Shown here: in pieces, positions 52,562 through 64,000 of the stretch | How positions within the stretch are numbered: position 1 is the stretch's first letter | Layout of the letters: each line of letters starts with the position of its first letter | Assembly: GCA_964187785.1 (NCBI GenBank) | Contig: OZ076409.1 | Location: 49,912,001 to 49,976,000 of the forward strand | Origin: Amphiscolops sp. MND2022 | Taxonomy: Eukaryota | DNA: 64,000 bases | Reading direction: 5' to 3' | Notes under the pieces: model-generated | The model's database searches: none | The model's input: the letters and a program-made list of their open reading frames with translations, nothing else | Told to the model about the DNA's origin: nothing | Position numbers and translations under genes: made by a program

Positions 52562-55500
52562 CCGAATGATATTGCGTCTTGTGAGGACGAACGAGGGCAA
52601 GAGAAATACTGTTCTCGGCAATCTACGTGCATTTTTGCATGAAATAACATCATGGAGTTTTTCAGATTTGAAAATCTATTTTCTGACAAACAGTTGAGGC
52701 TGGTAAGTGTCTGAATCGATTACGTTTTGAGTAGTATGTTTTTCGTCAGACTACAACCCTGACACTGGTTCGTCCCGTTCAGAACATTCAGAACACGTTC
52801 AGTCTAAAATCTGAAAGAATTCAAAATGTCTCCTCTGTTGTCACTTCAATTTTGTTTCATTTTTTGAACGAAACAAGAACATATTAAAAGGTCTCTTTTT
52901 GGTTTTTTGGCACAGTGACTTTTGAAAAAACTTTTTTTTCGCATATCATTCTACACTTTAATTAGAACACTTTTCTTTTGAGCTGTAATATCAAGCTAGC
53001 GGCGTACATATTAGAGCCGGGACAATGCCTACGTTGCCTTGATCGGAGACCATGGTGTTACAACTGTAGACATTTTTTTCTTCCGAAACGGTCTCCAAGG
53101 GGGACTTTTTGTAACGTCAAGGAGGCTCCTGATTTAGGGCTCCGTGGCGCCATGCCGGCATATTCAAAGTCCGAACATTCTCCCAGAAGCATATAAAAAC
53201 GGATCCTCAGGATTCTAGCGGGTGTTCCCTGCGACTTCCTACATACTGCCGAGGTTCAAAAAGGCATATCTGATTCCTTTCTTGGGTAGTTTTCAGAACC
53301 ATGAAAGTTATCAGAAGTTTTTGGAATTGGTAGTCGAAAACGATATAACACGGAACGATTTTCTTTAAGGAAACATTTTTATATCTTGTTAGATTGCTTT
53401 GTTACGTTAAATGTTAAACTTCTGATTTCAGAATTTTAAATGATAAATGTTAAACTTCTGAGGTGATTTCAGAATTCTTGAGTTCTATGATTTTCAAGTG
53501 CTGGGTACTTCTGAGGGAAATTCTGATGAATGAGTGAATAGAAGAAATATGAAATTATAAACGGATTTTCACGGGTTGAAACTTACCTAGGATGCCTTTG
53601 ATTTCCATCTCGCAAAAAATCAGGTGGAAATTTGGGTTACTGAGTCTCACAGTGTTTCCCACGATTCCCTTATTGTCGCATTCGAAGGTCACCCATTGGC
53701 CAGTTGGTGAAGATTCAGTGGTTGCGCATTGAGAGCATAAAAATTCTCCGGAACAAATTTGGACCTCAATTCCAGCACATCCTGTACAATCGAATTTTAC
53801 TACTTTAAAGTATCAAACGTTTGTTGCATGCTTCAACCAAGAGCCCATAAAACTAAATATAATTTATTTGATTTCATCATTATATAATTTTGAAGTATAT
53901 AATTTCAAAAACATATACTTTATATATAACCACTATAATTTTTGTAAACAGAGATAAACGGAATTTCTTCGATTTCACCATCAATCAATTTCCCATTGAG
54001 GCCTAGAATTTTGAAAGACTTAGAGCAATCTTAAACAAGAGACATTTGTTCGAAAATTTTTTCATGTCTCCAAAGGTTACCCCCTTCAATTTTGTTGATA
54101 TTCTGCAACAAATTGGATGTTAAAAACTCCTTTCAAGTTTTTCGCCATTATGAGACTGTTTCAAATTCTCATTTTTCGTCTGCAATTAGATTTTCTCAAT
54201 GTATAACCACCAATTTTTCCATTAGAATTCAAATTTTTGACGTAAGTTGCGTTTCACTAGAGAGGAGGTCGATGTTGGAAAATTTCGCGCTACATCCGAA
54301 GTAAGTAAACTGTGTTTTTCTAAGGAGAAGGTAGAAGTTCGAAAGAGAGATCCAATGTTACCCAGCACCTTCGAGGTGTTTGATGAGCACGAACTGCGAA
54401 CCATTGCGGACAAAAGCGTCAAATCTTCTTTCCATATGATGAGTTCCTTTCTTATTCAAGCAGTCCGAGGAACCCACTGACAAGTGCCGATCCCGAGGTA
54501 AACCCAAACGGACAGCTCCCCCATCTGGGGATTCGTCTTTATTTAACAGAGGAGGGATTGTAGATGACGGCCACTCCTCCGACGGGTTTACCGATGTATC
54601 CAGGCAGACAATGCATCCGGGCTAACCAGACAGACGAAGACTTATAAGCCTATATGCAGCTTGACCTACAGTCATTCAGCGGATGTAATTTTTGCTTCCA
54701 CATCCACCGCTGAGATTCCAGCCGGTTTCGAATGTCTTTTAGTTCGGGAGACCACATAGGTGTTTCCAGCAAGTCCTGGAAGTGGGCATAGTAGCATAGA
54801 CACCCCCTATCTAGTTTACTCCCTGCAAGCAGAAATGTCAAAACGCCCACCAGTCCACCCAAGAAACGCGGACGTCTGATGTGTCGACTGGAGAAGGTGA
54901 TGAATGAAGCCTATTTTAAGGGCATCAAGTTGCCCAAGACCTTCTTTGCCAGGCACTAGAACCCTAGGCATAAAAAGCACAAACTTTATTGCCAAATCTG
55001 CAAACCGAATATATCGATCTGAGGCATTACCACGCAGTTTCGCAGAAATCATTGCCCATCTGCTCGCAGTCGTCTCCAAGAGTCTTAATCTCATCAGTGA
55101 GTAAGTGAGTGTCCTTCTAGTCTGCTCCAAAGCCTTGATAAATCTACCCTCTTTAAATATGGATTTCAGTATCTCTTTCGCTTTGATGACCTTTCTTTGC
55201 CTTCAATTATGCACCAACGTTTCGTACCTGTCATTGGGGCAAATGATTTTCCCTCACAACTGATTTTTCGGACCGTTTTCGTGAACGGGTGCTTTGATCA
55301 TCATTGGACGCAGCCGACTCCTGAAGCTGTGAGGGTTAGTTGTTGTTCGTTGTTATTGTTAGCGTATTCTATCGCAAATTGTTTTACCATAATCATTTAT
55401 CCTCTAGGCCATAACAGCATGCAACGTGGAATTGAGGCATATTTCAACTATCTGCACTGAGTTAGTGACCAACTGGGACGCCATCCTTAACACCCTGAGA

Positions 55501-55890
55501 CCCTGAGCAAGATGTCAGCACCCCAAAAAATGCAAGGTGTACGACGCAAGGTAATTATCCTGCTGTTATGGCTTCTATTATCTGGTGGTTTTGTTTAAAC
55601 ATTGTGACAGAGAGCCTATTGGGCTTATTTGAGTCAGTTGTTTTGTTTCGTTTTAGTCACAAAGTTTTGAATGGAGCGTCGTAATGGATGATTTCTTCAC
55701 TGTAAAAATGGAATTATTCGGGCGCGTCATCCGTGTTTGTTAGTACCTTCAATTCTCTTTGTACCTTTCCATATAATTGTTTCATTTCGCAAAAGTTCAA
55801 TTCGCTCAGGAAAGGTCCTTTCAGGATGAGTGGAAAAACCCTTCCACTGGTCTCAACTGCTTTGTTCTTTTTAAACAACAAGTGTTTTGA

Positions 55891-56868
55891 ATGAAGTTTG
55901 CAGACAAGAAGGACTGCAACTTCTTCACCCACTACCAGCTATGCCAAATTATTCGAAAAATGGGCTACCGATGTACCCTGCCAAAGCACATCCCCGCCGA
56001 CACCAACTGGTCTGGCGTTATCCGACAGACTATTCGGGAGTTACGTTTGCTGTCTAGTCACCACTTCCTTCACTATTTGAAACTCAAGTCCGATCTTGAT
56101 TACGCTGCGAGAGTTAATGCACAAAGAGAGCTCAGTGACAAAAAGACTCCTGAACTGGTATTGATGAAGCTATGGCGAACATCAAGGAAGAATTCGTTGC
56201 CAAGACCTGTGAGGCTAACTGACGCCCCTTTTGGAATCGTTCTTGCAGGTTATTCGTCTTACTGCCGACATCGTCCTAGGGATGGCGTGTTTCGATACTA
56301 CTGTTTTGCTCTCTTTACCAATGTCATAAGTGACCTTCTGCTTCACATCAATGTATAACAGCTTCCGGCTCCGGGGTTTCCCGAGCATATCATCGGAGTT
56401 TCATTGTAAAGACGAGTGTGTCGAACTTGTGGACTTCCAGCTCTCCGTTGTCGACCACACGTATTCCGAATATACCAGCTCTGTTGTTTGTGTTTGACCA
56501 ATTTCAGAGCCAATTTGCCGTCTGTCAAATTTCACGAAATAGATTCCTCAGATCCCCCCGTGTCAAAAAGTTATACTTTGCATCCAGCTCATTCCTATTT
56601 AGCCAATGGACCCAATTCCGTGGCACAAATTGTCTGCACAAATGAGTTCTCCAGAGTAAAACACCGACAATTGCTGGAGCAGGTTTCTTCGGGTCAAGAT
56701 GCGGGGACCCTTGGATTCCTTACCTCAGGCTATAAAGAGCCAATTGTTGCTCCTGCGGTCCCTCCTCGTCCTTCATTCATTCCTACAGTCGAGGGAAAGT
56801 CAGTATTTCGCTGGATTAAACAAAAGGATGGGCGCATTTTGGTAGCATCCCTTCCTTCAGTTCTGTAG
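55891..56868 (+). pseudogene. Orphan Cys-rich ORF, one frame with two stops
   Basis: ORFs 55891-56358 and 56416-56868 share a frame; CRTC and CCLC motifs; AATAAA ~56904. Confidence 0.4.
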
Positions 56869-56969
56869 ACATCGTAAAAAACTTCAGCAGAGCTCGTCTA
56901 CAGAATAAATGTACATAGTGTACATTTGTCCTCTGGTTTCTCTGCTCAACAATTCAATTTTTGGTGGTT

Positions 56970-57641
56970 TTGGTCGGCGCTTTTCCATTAAGGGAAAAAT
57001 GCCCGACTATAGCAGTGACCTTTTTTAGTCGGCGCGTTTTCCTTTTAAGGAAAAATGCCCGACTATAGCAGTGACCTTTTTTTTCTTCAGACTACAATCC
57101 TCACACTGATCGGTCCACTTTTTACAATTCTGCGCAGAGCACCTGAGGCCAAGTCCGCCCAAGGCAAACTTTACTCCAAAGGGTCCCCCTTTCATTTTTT
57201 ACTTTTTCAAGGAAACATACAAAACCGGACTGCCCAAAGGGTCCCCCTTTGGATTTTTTTTCGGCACTGTGCGACTTTTTTTCGAAAATTTTTTAATCTC
57301 CCCAAAGGGTCCCCCTTTCATTTTTTACTTTTTTAACGTAACCTACAAAACCGGACGTGCCTCAAGGGTCCCCCATTTGGATTTTTTTCGGAACTGTGCG
57401 ACTTTTTTTTCGAAAATTTTTTAATGTCCCCAAAGGGTCCCCCCTTTGAGTTTTTTGATATTTTGCAACGGAATGTTTGTTAATAAATCCAGAAGGGTCC
57501 CCCCTTTTACATTTTTTGGCACTATGCGACTTCTTTTGAAAGAAATTTTTTTTTCAAAAATTTCAATTTTTTCCAAAAAAAAGTGTTTTACGCTTTTTGA
57601 GCCTTAGATATGGCGCCGAATTTAGACGTTCTCGTCTTGTT
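56970..57641 (+). mobile_element. HINE/DINE-1-like non-autonomous element
   Basis: 5' GTCGGCG...CCCGAC stem (duplicated), AAGGGTCCCCC internal repeats, 3' CGCCGA subTIR plus AGACG-ttct-CGTCT hairpin and TT end. Confidence 0.6.
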
Positions 57642-57699
57642 TCCTTATGTTTGTACTCATTTGCATTTGTTTTGAAGTCTGTTTGTACTTTTTCGTTAT

Positions 57700-58340
57700 A
57701 TAGTCAGTCTAGTACCATCAAGTTACAATCGTAAAAGTGGAATGGGGATTTCAAACTTACATATCTGACTAATATCTGTGTTCGTCAGTATAATTGGGAG
57801 TGGAGTTATTTCGAAAATTGTAGTTCCCTTTTCTCGGGCTAGATCTTTCGTTCGTTTTTTCCTGATATTTCGACGTGTGTGATGATGGTGTTTTTTTTCA
57901 GTATCAATGCATTCTTTTGCTTTGACGTGATTTGTTTTTCTGCCGAAATAGACGTTTCGTCTTTTATAGAAGACTGCATTTTATTTTGTTTCGTCTTGTC
58001 GATCAATAATTGTATCCTTCCGCAAAGTTAGTTGTTGACAAAAAACATTTTTGAGGTAAATTCCAAGTTTATGATCTGAGACGTTGTAGGGAATGCGTCC
58101 AAGAAAGACCTTGTTTGGCTCGCATCCAATAATAAAATGGTATGCAGTATTATATTTGAGCATTGTTATTAGCAAGATTTACGCCACTGACACCCGTATT
58201 CTGAGGCTGTTTTCAAGTTTGTTTTGAGAGAATTATTTGTCCTTTCGAGTCGAGTTGGCCAATTGTTTGCGGATGTTTCGTAGTAACACATTCGAGCGTT
58301 ATTTCCAAAGTTCGTGTAATTTCCGTTAATTTCGTTGACG
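57700..58340 (-). pseudogene. Inverted Gypsy integrase fragment
   Basis: LERTNNSLK and GCEPNKVFLGRIPYNV on the minus strand. Confidence 0.75.
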
Positions 58341-58344
58341 TAAA

Positions 58345-60340
58345 TGCTGATACGCAAAATACTGCGTCTGAATTCCTGTCAAGAATCGACCTTAACCCCA
58401 AAACAAGAGTCGAGCTGAAAATCAGAGACGATATCACAATTCGACCGATACAAGTAAACTTACAGTCAACAGACGTTGCAGACTAGGAACAACTTTCTTC
58501 CTTCCAGACGAAACAATCGAAACTGAAGAAAACATCCTCTAGCAAAAAGAGTAAGCCAGACAAAACGCGCACGATGAAGAGACAGGAAAAAAATTGACTA
58601 TAAAAGAGACAACCCCAATCTCAATGAACAAGGCATCGTACACTTTTGGAGCTATTAAGGAACGCACGTATAAGAGTTGAACACGATTCAAACCTAGTCT
58701 TCAATGCAATCAAAAGAAAACTGATATGTGAAAAATATGACAAACATCACATACAAACTGATCCGACGGCAAAGTGTCTCTTAGTCCACGAAAACACACT
58801 AATAGTCAAAGACGGCATATCGATGAGGAAATATTACGGGAAATGCGGACAAGTCACTCATCATCAAATACTAATTCCTGATCACCTCATAACGGAAATC
58901 CTAAGATCAATTCTCGGACAAATGGGAAAATACACAGGAATCACAAAAACGATACAGGAATGCAGATCAAATTACTACTATCCCCGACTAGCCAAACGAA
59001 TCAAACAATGTGAATTACAATGCGAAGATTGTATCAAATACAAAAAAAAAAACAAAAACTGCCAAATCAGACCAAAGATGATTAACAACACGGAACACGT
59101 GCTGGAATCAGAAGACTCCGTAGAGATCGATATACTACCAAACCTACCAAATTCTGCAAGGTACCAAAACATCGTAACGATGATTGATGTATTTTCATGC
59201 TATCTGTTCGCATACCCAACGCCGAATGTCACAGCAAAAACAATTGGACGATGCATTGTCGATGTCATGACAAGGCATGCATATTTGCCAACACTAATCC
59301 TCTAAGATAAAGGCTCCTAGTTCCGATCAGAAGTTGTCACGCAAATAACGCAGACACTAGAAATTCAAATCAGCCACGCGTCTACAAATCAGTCCATATT
59401 GCAGTCATGAACTATAATACGACATATCATGAGACTCTAGGCTGCGAACCATCCACAGTGTTCCATGGACGAATACCCTACAACGTCCTTGATCTAAAAT
59501 TGAGCATCAAACCAAAGTGGAAAACTACGCCTAATTACGATATAGCAGAACAACTACAAAAACAAATTGTTGAAGTGCGCGCGACAGTAAAAGACAACAT
59601 CATGTTGTCTTATCTCAAATACAAAAAATTTTACAACTGCAAAGCGTCTGCAGCCCCGCTTAAAATAAATGGCTACTGCTACATCCTCAATCCGAAAGGC
59701 GACAACCAGTCGACAAATTTCGCATTTCAAGATTGCATCTGGATGGGACCGTATATAGTAAAAAAAGGTTCTATCAAACAATAATTAAACGATACGGAAA
59801 ATTGGCACCAAATATACACAAACACTTCACAGAAAACGTATTTGCCCGTATGTGCCAGAACAACGTATACCCGACGTCACAGTACGAGCAAATGAATACC
59901 TCCCAGACCCAGATATCAGAGTGTCGCACAACGAATGGTATGCAGCTTCTTGGAAAATGGATTTCGTGAAACAAATAGACAAACACGAAACGTCAAAAAT
60001 TGCAAACAATAACAAACAAGCTGTGACACAAGAAATAGAAAACATGAATGATGAAAAAACGGGGCAAACAGAGATAGAAAATCAAAGCGAAGATACGAAG
60101 GACGTGACACCTTCGTCACCAGATTTTTCAAGTCTAACCACGGACGTGGGGGACAATCCACATAGTCCCCCATCCATTGAAAGTCCACCAAATTCAAGTC
60201 CACCTATTCACCCAAATTCACAGCCTACAGTCATTGGATACAACCCAAGAAAAACAGCAAAGTACAACTTGAGAACTAATCCTAAACCTAACACTAATCC
60301 TGACTTCAGACGACTCGACGCTATGACTACCACTCACTAA
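58345..60340 (+). pseudogene. pol: Gypsy pol C-terminus (integrase)
   Basis: CEDC, IDILP, IDVFS, GCEPSTVFHGRIPY, WMGPY and KYNLRTNPKPN. Confidence 0.9.
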
Positions 60341-60699
60341 AAAGAAAAGATATCAAGAGTCCAAACCGAAACGATCTGACGAATTGTAATTACGAGATTA
60401 ACTATGGCCCCACCACTCTCCTCCGTTTTTCTCACAATCGACTATTCTAATCATAATACAGAGGAGCCCGGTTCACTTGTGTTACTAAGGTAACATTTCA
60501 ACAAGATTACAGTCCGCTAACAAAAAACGAAAACTGCATCTTTGCAACTACGATAACGGATTAATAAGATAAATAGAAAGTTCAAAATACAACTCAACAA
60601 CATATAAATCAGTAGAAACAAAATTAATCTCCCTTTGGATCTAACATCAATTTTCTTCCCAGCAGACTAGGAAGACCTCCCTCTACAAACAGCACCGGA

Positions 60700-63600
60700 C
60701 TGCTCCGCCTCTTTCTTGTTTTTTCCTCCAACTCACTTTCGAGATTCTGATGAAGACTTCATAGCTGCACGAGCATTCTTCTTTCGGTCAAGCAAAGACA
60801 TCACACTGAGGTGAGAAAACGGATCACTAGGCCCTGCAGCAGCATGCTTCTCACTGACAACACACCCAGAAGGACCAGGCGAACTCGCAGTCTCTGAACC
60901 AGTCGAAGCATTAGCAGCACTTAACATTTAATCCCGACGAGTCGTTTTGGAGAGTCCTTTACTGAAAGACCTCTTCTTGTCGGCCAAATACTTCTTGAAT
61001 GAGGTGGTATAGCGCGACATAAAGCCATCCCTATTGCCCAGACATATACTCGACCGAGGATCGAACGCTGCAATGGTCATAAATTCTCCTGCACCAGCTA
61101 CAGCATCCCGCACACCTTCCATTGTCGCCTCAGAACAACGCACCTTGCCGATAAAGAAAGGATACCACGTAGCTCTGCACACAATGCAAGGCAGAAATAA
61201 CGCACATCTTTGCAACAGCACAACCGGATAACTCAATTGAGACGTCAGGCAAGCGTAAAGATGGCCTACTCAGGACCAAAACACAAAGTTTCAGCACACG
61301 ACACAAACTTCTGCGAGAGACAAAACTATAATCCTCTAGCAAATAATGCACCACGTCGGGGATAGACTCAGCACATTTTCCGGATGCTCGATGTCGAATT
61401 CGGGCGTCCACAACAATAGTCGTGAATACTTCAGAACTCATCCCGGACTCTTCAGCTGACAAATTGCCACTACGCTCCAACACACGCAATAACTTCGCAA
61501 ACAGCTGGAACACGTATCGATCGTCGCCCTCTAACAACAGCTCAGGGCAAAATGCATAAACACTCTGCAGCAAGTCAGCACGTACTAAGGTTAATCCCAA
61601 AATAGCATCGATAAGACAATCAACAAATTTGCGACTCTGGTTTAGAAATTCGGGCGCCTCACTAGATCGGCTTTGACGAAGCTCAGCTCCAAAACTGTCA
61701 TGTATCAAGAAATCATCAGTGCCCAACTTGGCGATTGTCGCCACCTTGTCAACACTCATGTAGGAGTCCCGGTCGTTCATATCTGGCAATGCAGCTAACT
61801 TCCGGCTACCAGAAAGCAGACAGAACAAGAACTGGCCAAGCTCCAATAAACAATGGAACCCATAATCTGGTCGCGATGCCCGCTGTTTTTTGAATGCGCA
61901 GTGATCTAAACAAGAATCACTAATAAACAAGAAGTACCACAAACGCTGTCCACCCAATGAGCATACAACCATACTTGCACTCAACCCGTAGCATTAGATA
62001 ATTAACGTACCCTACCAGTCGAACCAGAGTGACTCTGAATATGCGGTGAAGCAGTGAAACGAACAAAGTCTCGCACAAAGTCCCACACTGAGATCAGCTC
62101 GCGAACGACACCTCGGAGGGCACCAAAGCTGACGTGGCCAGCGACGACGCAGCGACAAAACTGCGGAGTGTCCTCAATCCAAAGCTGTTGGAGTGCACTC
62201 TTCAAGCGAAGCATCAGAAACTCCCACCATTGTGACGACTTCCAACATGCCAGAAACCTTTTCGTGAGCCTGACGATAAAATTCCAAAAAGGTATTGGCT
62301 GTGAATTCTTGGCAGAACACAAACTGACTGGGAACCAGACTACAGACACCGCGAGATAGCCCAGCAAACTCAGCAGTGGGTACTTGCTGCCCCAGTGGTT
62401 CAACCCAAACACAGATTTCGAGCAGAGCATTGTCCTCCCATGTCTTCAGTATGCAGAACTGACCAGCTGAGTGGTCCTCGAAACAGACTGAATACTGTCC
62501 AAATCGAGGAAATCGTGAAAATACAACCCGAAGAATACGAGGGTACAAAGCGCGACACAACGACTCCAACAAACAATAAAAACTGAAGAAAGAAGGAGAA
62601 GGAAAAGAGGACGTTGGGAAAGAAAGGAACAAGACGGGAACGTCTCAAGTCGGCGCTAAATCGAAGGCTCAAAAAGCGCAAAACATTTTTTTGGAAAAAA
62701 CTTGAATTTTTCGAAAAAAAATCTTTCGGAAAATGTCGCACAGTGCCAAAAAATGTAAAAGGGGGACCCTTTTTGATTTATAAACACGCATTCTGTAGCA
62801 AAAAAAAACAAAAAACTCAAAGGGGGGACCCTTTGGGGACATTAAAAAAATTTCGAAAAAAAGTCTCACAGCGCCGAAAAAAAATCGAAAGGAGGGGGGG
62901 AAACTTTAGTCCCGTCCGGGCTCGTATGTAACGTTTAAAAAGTAAATGAATGCGCTCCCCGTTTGCCTTTAGCGGTCCAGTAGTTTAGTACTTATTTAGT
63001 AGTTGAACGTTAATTTTAACGTTCGTCGCTTCGAGTCTGTCTTAAAAAAAACGAGTGACTGTAATAGTCGGGCTTTTTTCTTAAGAAAAACGCCGACCAA
63101 AAACGACTATTAATCAACGGAATCAAAATAACATACTAACCAGAGTTTCAGTCCGATCCAAATTCAACGGGTACAAGGGGTTCTCACGACCCAAGATGGC
63201 TCGAAAACACCCCCACATTTTGCGCAGAAGGAGTTAATTGCCTCGGACCTGCAAAAACTCCACAATATTATTCACCATAGTCAGAATCGGCACAGTAGAA
63301 TCAGGCAGGAAGGTAGTAAGTCTTAAGGGAAACTGAACCCGTCTGATTTATCCTTGAAGGGTTTTGCAAGGTAGTCCTCCCTCTGAGAGTCACTCAGTTC
63401 CATTGGGTCCATTAGCTTGTTGAATACGGGCAACCCACAGTGAACCCTGCATGAAACGTCTGCACCCCAATGACCGACGCTCCCAAAATGGCGACCAAAC
63501 TCCCGTGGGCCCCGCGACTCCATTGAAACATCTCGATGACAGATAGTGCAGAAGAGCCTAGTCTACACCCTAGCCATCAGAGCTTCAAAGCCTATAACGA

Positions 63601-64000
63601 ATATAACACTTAGAGTTAAATACTATGCGATGACGATACCGCCCCTTCCTCAACAAAAAACCAACGCTATTTGACCCAAATGACAACATTCTTAACAACA
63701 AAACTACTTACCAGCAAACAAATGGATCAACGATCCCAACAGACAATCTGGTTGCAGAATGCCTCACAGCAGCTTCGCTCTGAGACGTCGCAGAGGCGCC
63801 ACCAGCTTGCACATCTTCCACTTCATGCACAGCATCATCGCCGCTATCGAGGATCTTGTCATATGCGCCAGTCTGCCGACGCTTTTCCCCAGCAACATCC
63901 TCTTCTGGACTGTGGAACGACACTAAAACAGCAAACAAATCAAATACACAAAAGAAAACCTCTTTCTCTCGCAATCAAGGATATCAACCACCAAGCAAAT
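60700..64000 (-). pseudogene. Multi-exon antisense accessory gene of element C
   Basis: LFCTICHRDVSMES..RHFGSVGHW zinc finger ~63470-63555, LISVWDFVR, DDFLIHDSF and LCRVLKLC; GT donors at ~63711, ~63139 and ~62009. Confidence 0.7.
62628..63100 (-). mobile_element. HINE/DINE-1-like element, same family as 56970-57641, inside an intron of the antisense gene
   Basis: Inverted homology including the terminal hairpins and GGGGGACCCT repeats. Confidence 0.65.

Larger units (their letters stand above)
58345..64000 (+). mobile_element. Gypsy element C (RNase H end, integrase, antisense gene), runs off the window
   Basis: Integrase is paralogous to that of element A and is followed by a convergent antisense gene. 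Confidence 0.85.

Noticed and set aside
53521..53550. Hammerhead ribozyme core (CTGATGA...GAAA)
   Set aside because: No supporting stems.

Overview
AT-rich, intron-containing eukaryotic (most likely invertebrate animal) DNA that is almost entirely nested transposable elements. (1) Three degenerate Ty3/Gypsy LTR retroelements (A ~1.5-10.3 kb minus; B ~10.7-16.2 kb plus, 3' part only; C ~58.3-64 kb plus). Each carries a spliced antisense gene in its 3' internal region; the three genes are homologous and look like a catalytically dead hAT-transposase derivative. (2) A near-intact Helentron/Helitron2-type element (~21.6-32.6 kb) encoding an RPA-like OB protein and a USP-USP-Rep-Pif1 helicase-APE polyprotein. 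(3) A full-length but decayed 15.3-kb Polinton/Maverick (34808-50108; AGTAGT ends, ATCAAG target-site duplication) with pPolB, major and minor capsids, integrase, two packaging ATPases and a protease. It is peppered with a 12-bp GCGNAGCTNCGC motif, which places a GCGNAGC mini-hairpin on both strands and is inserted in frame into conserved proteins. (4) Smaller items: HINE/DINE-like elements, MITEs, tRNA-like heads, an F-type lectin gene and orphan ORFs. All calls are from reading motifs by eye; no database searches were run.
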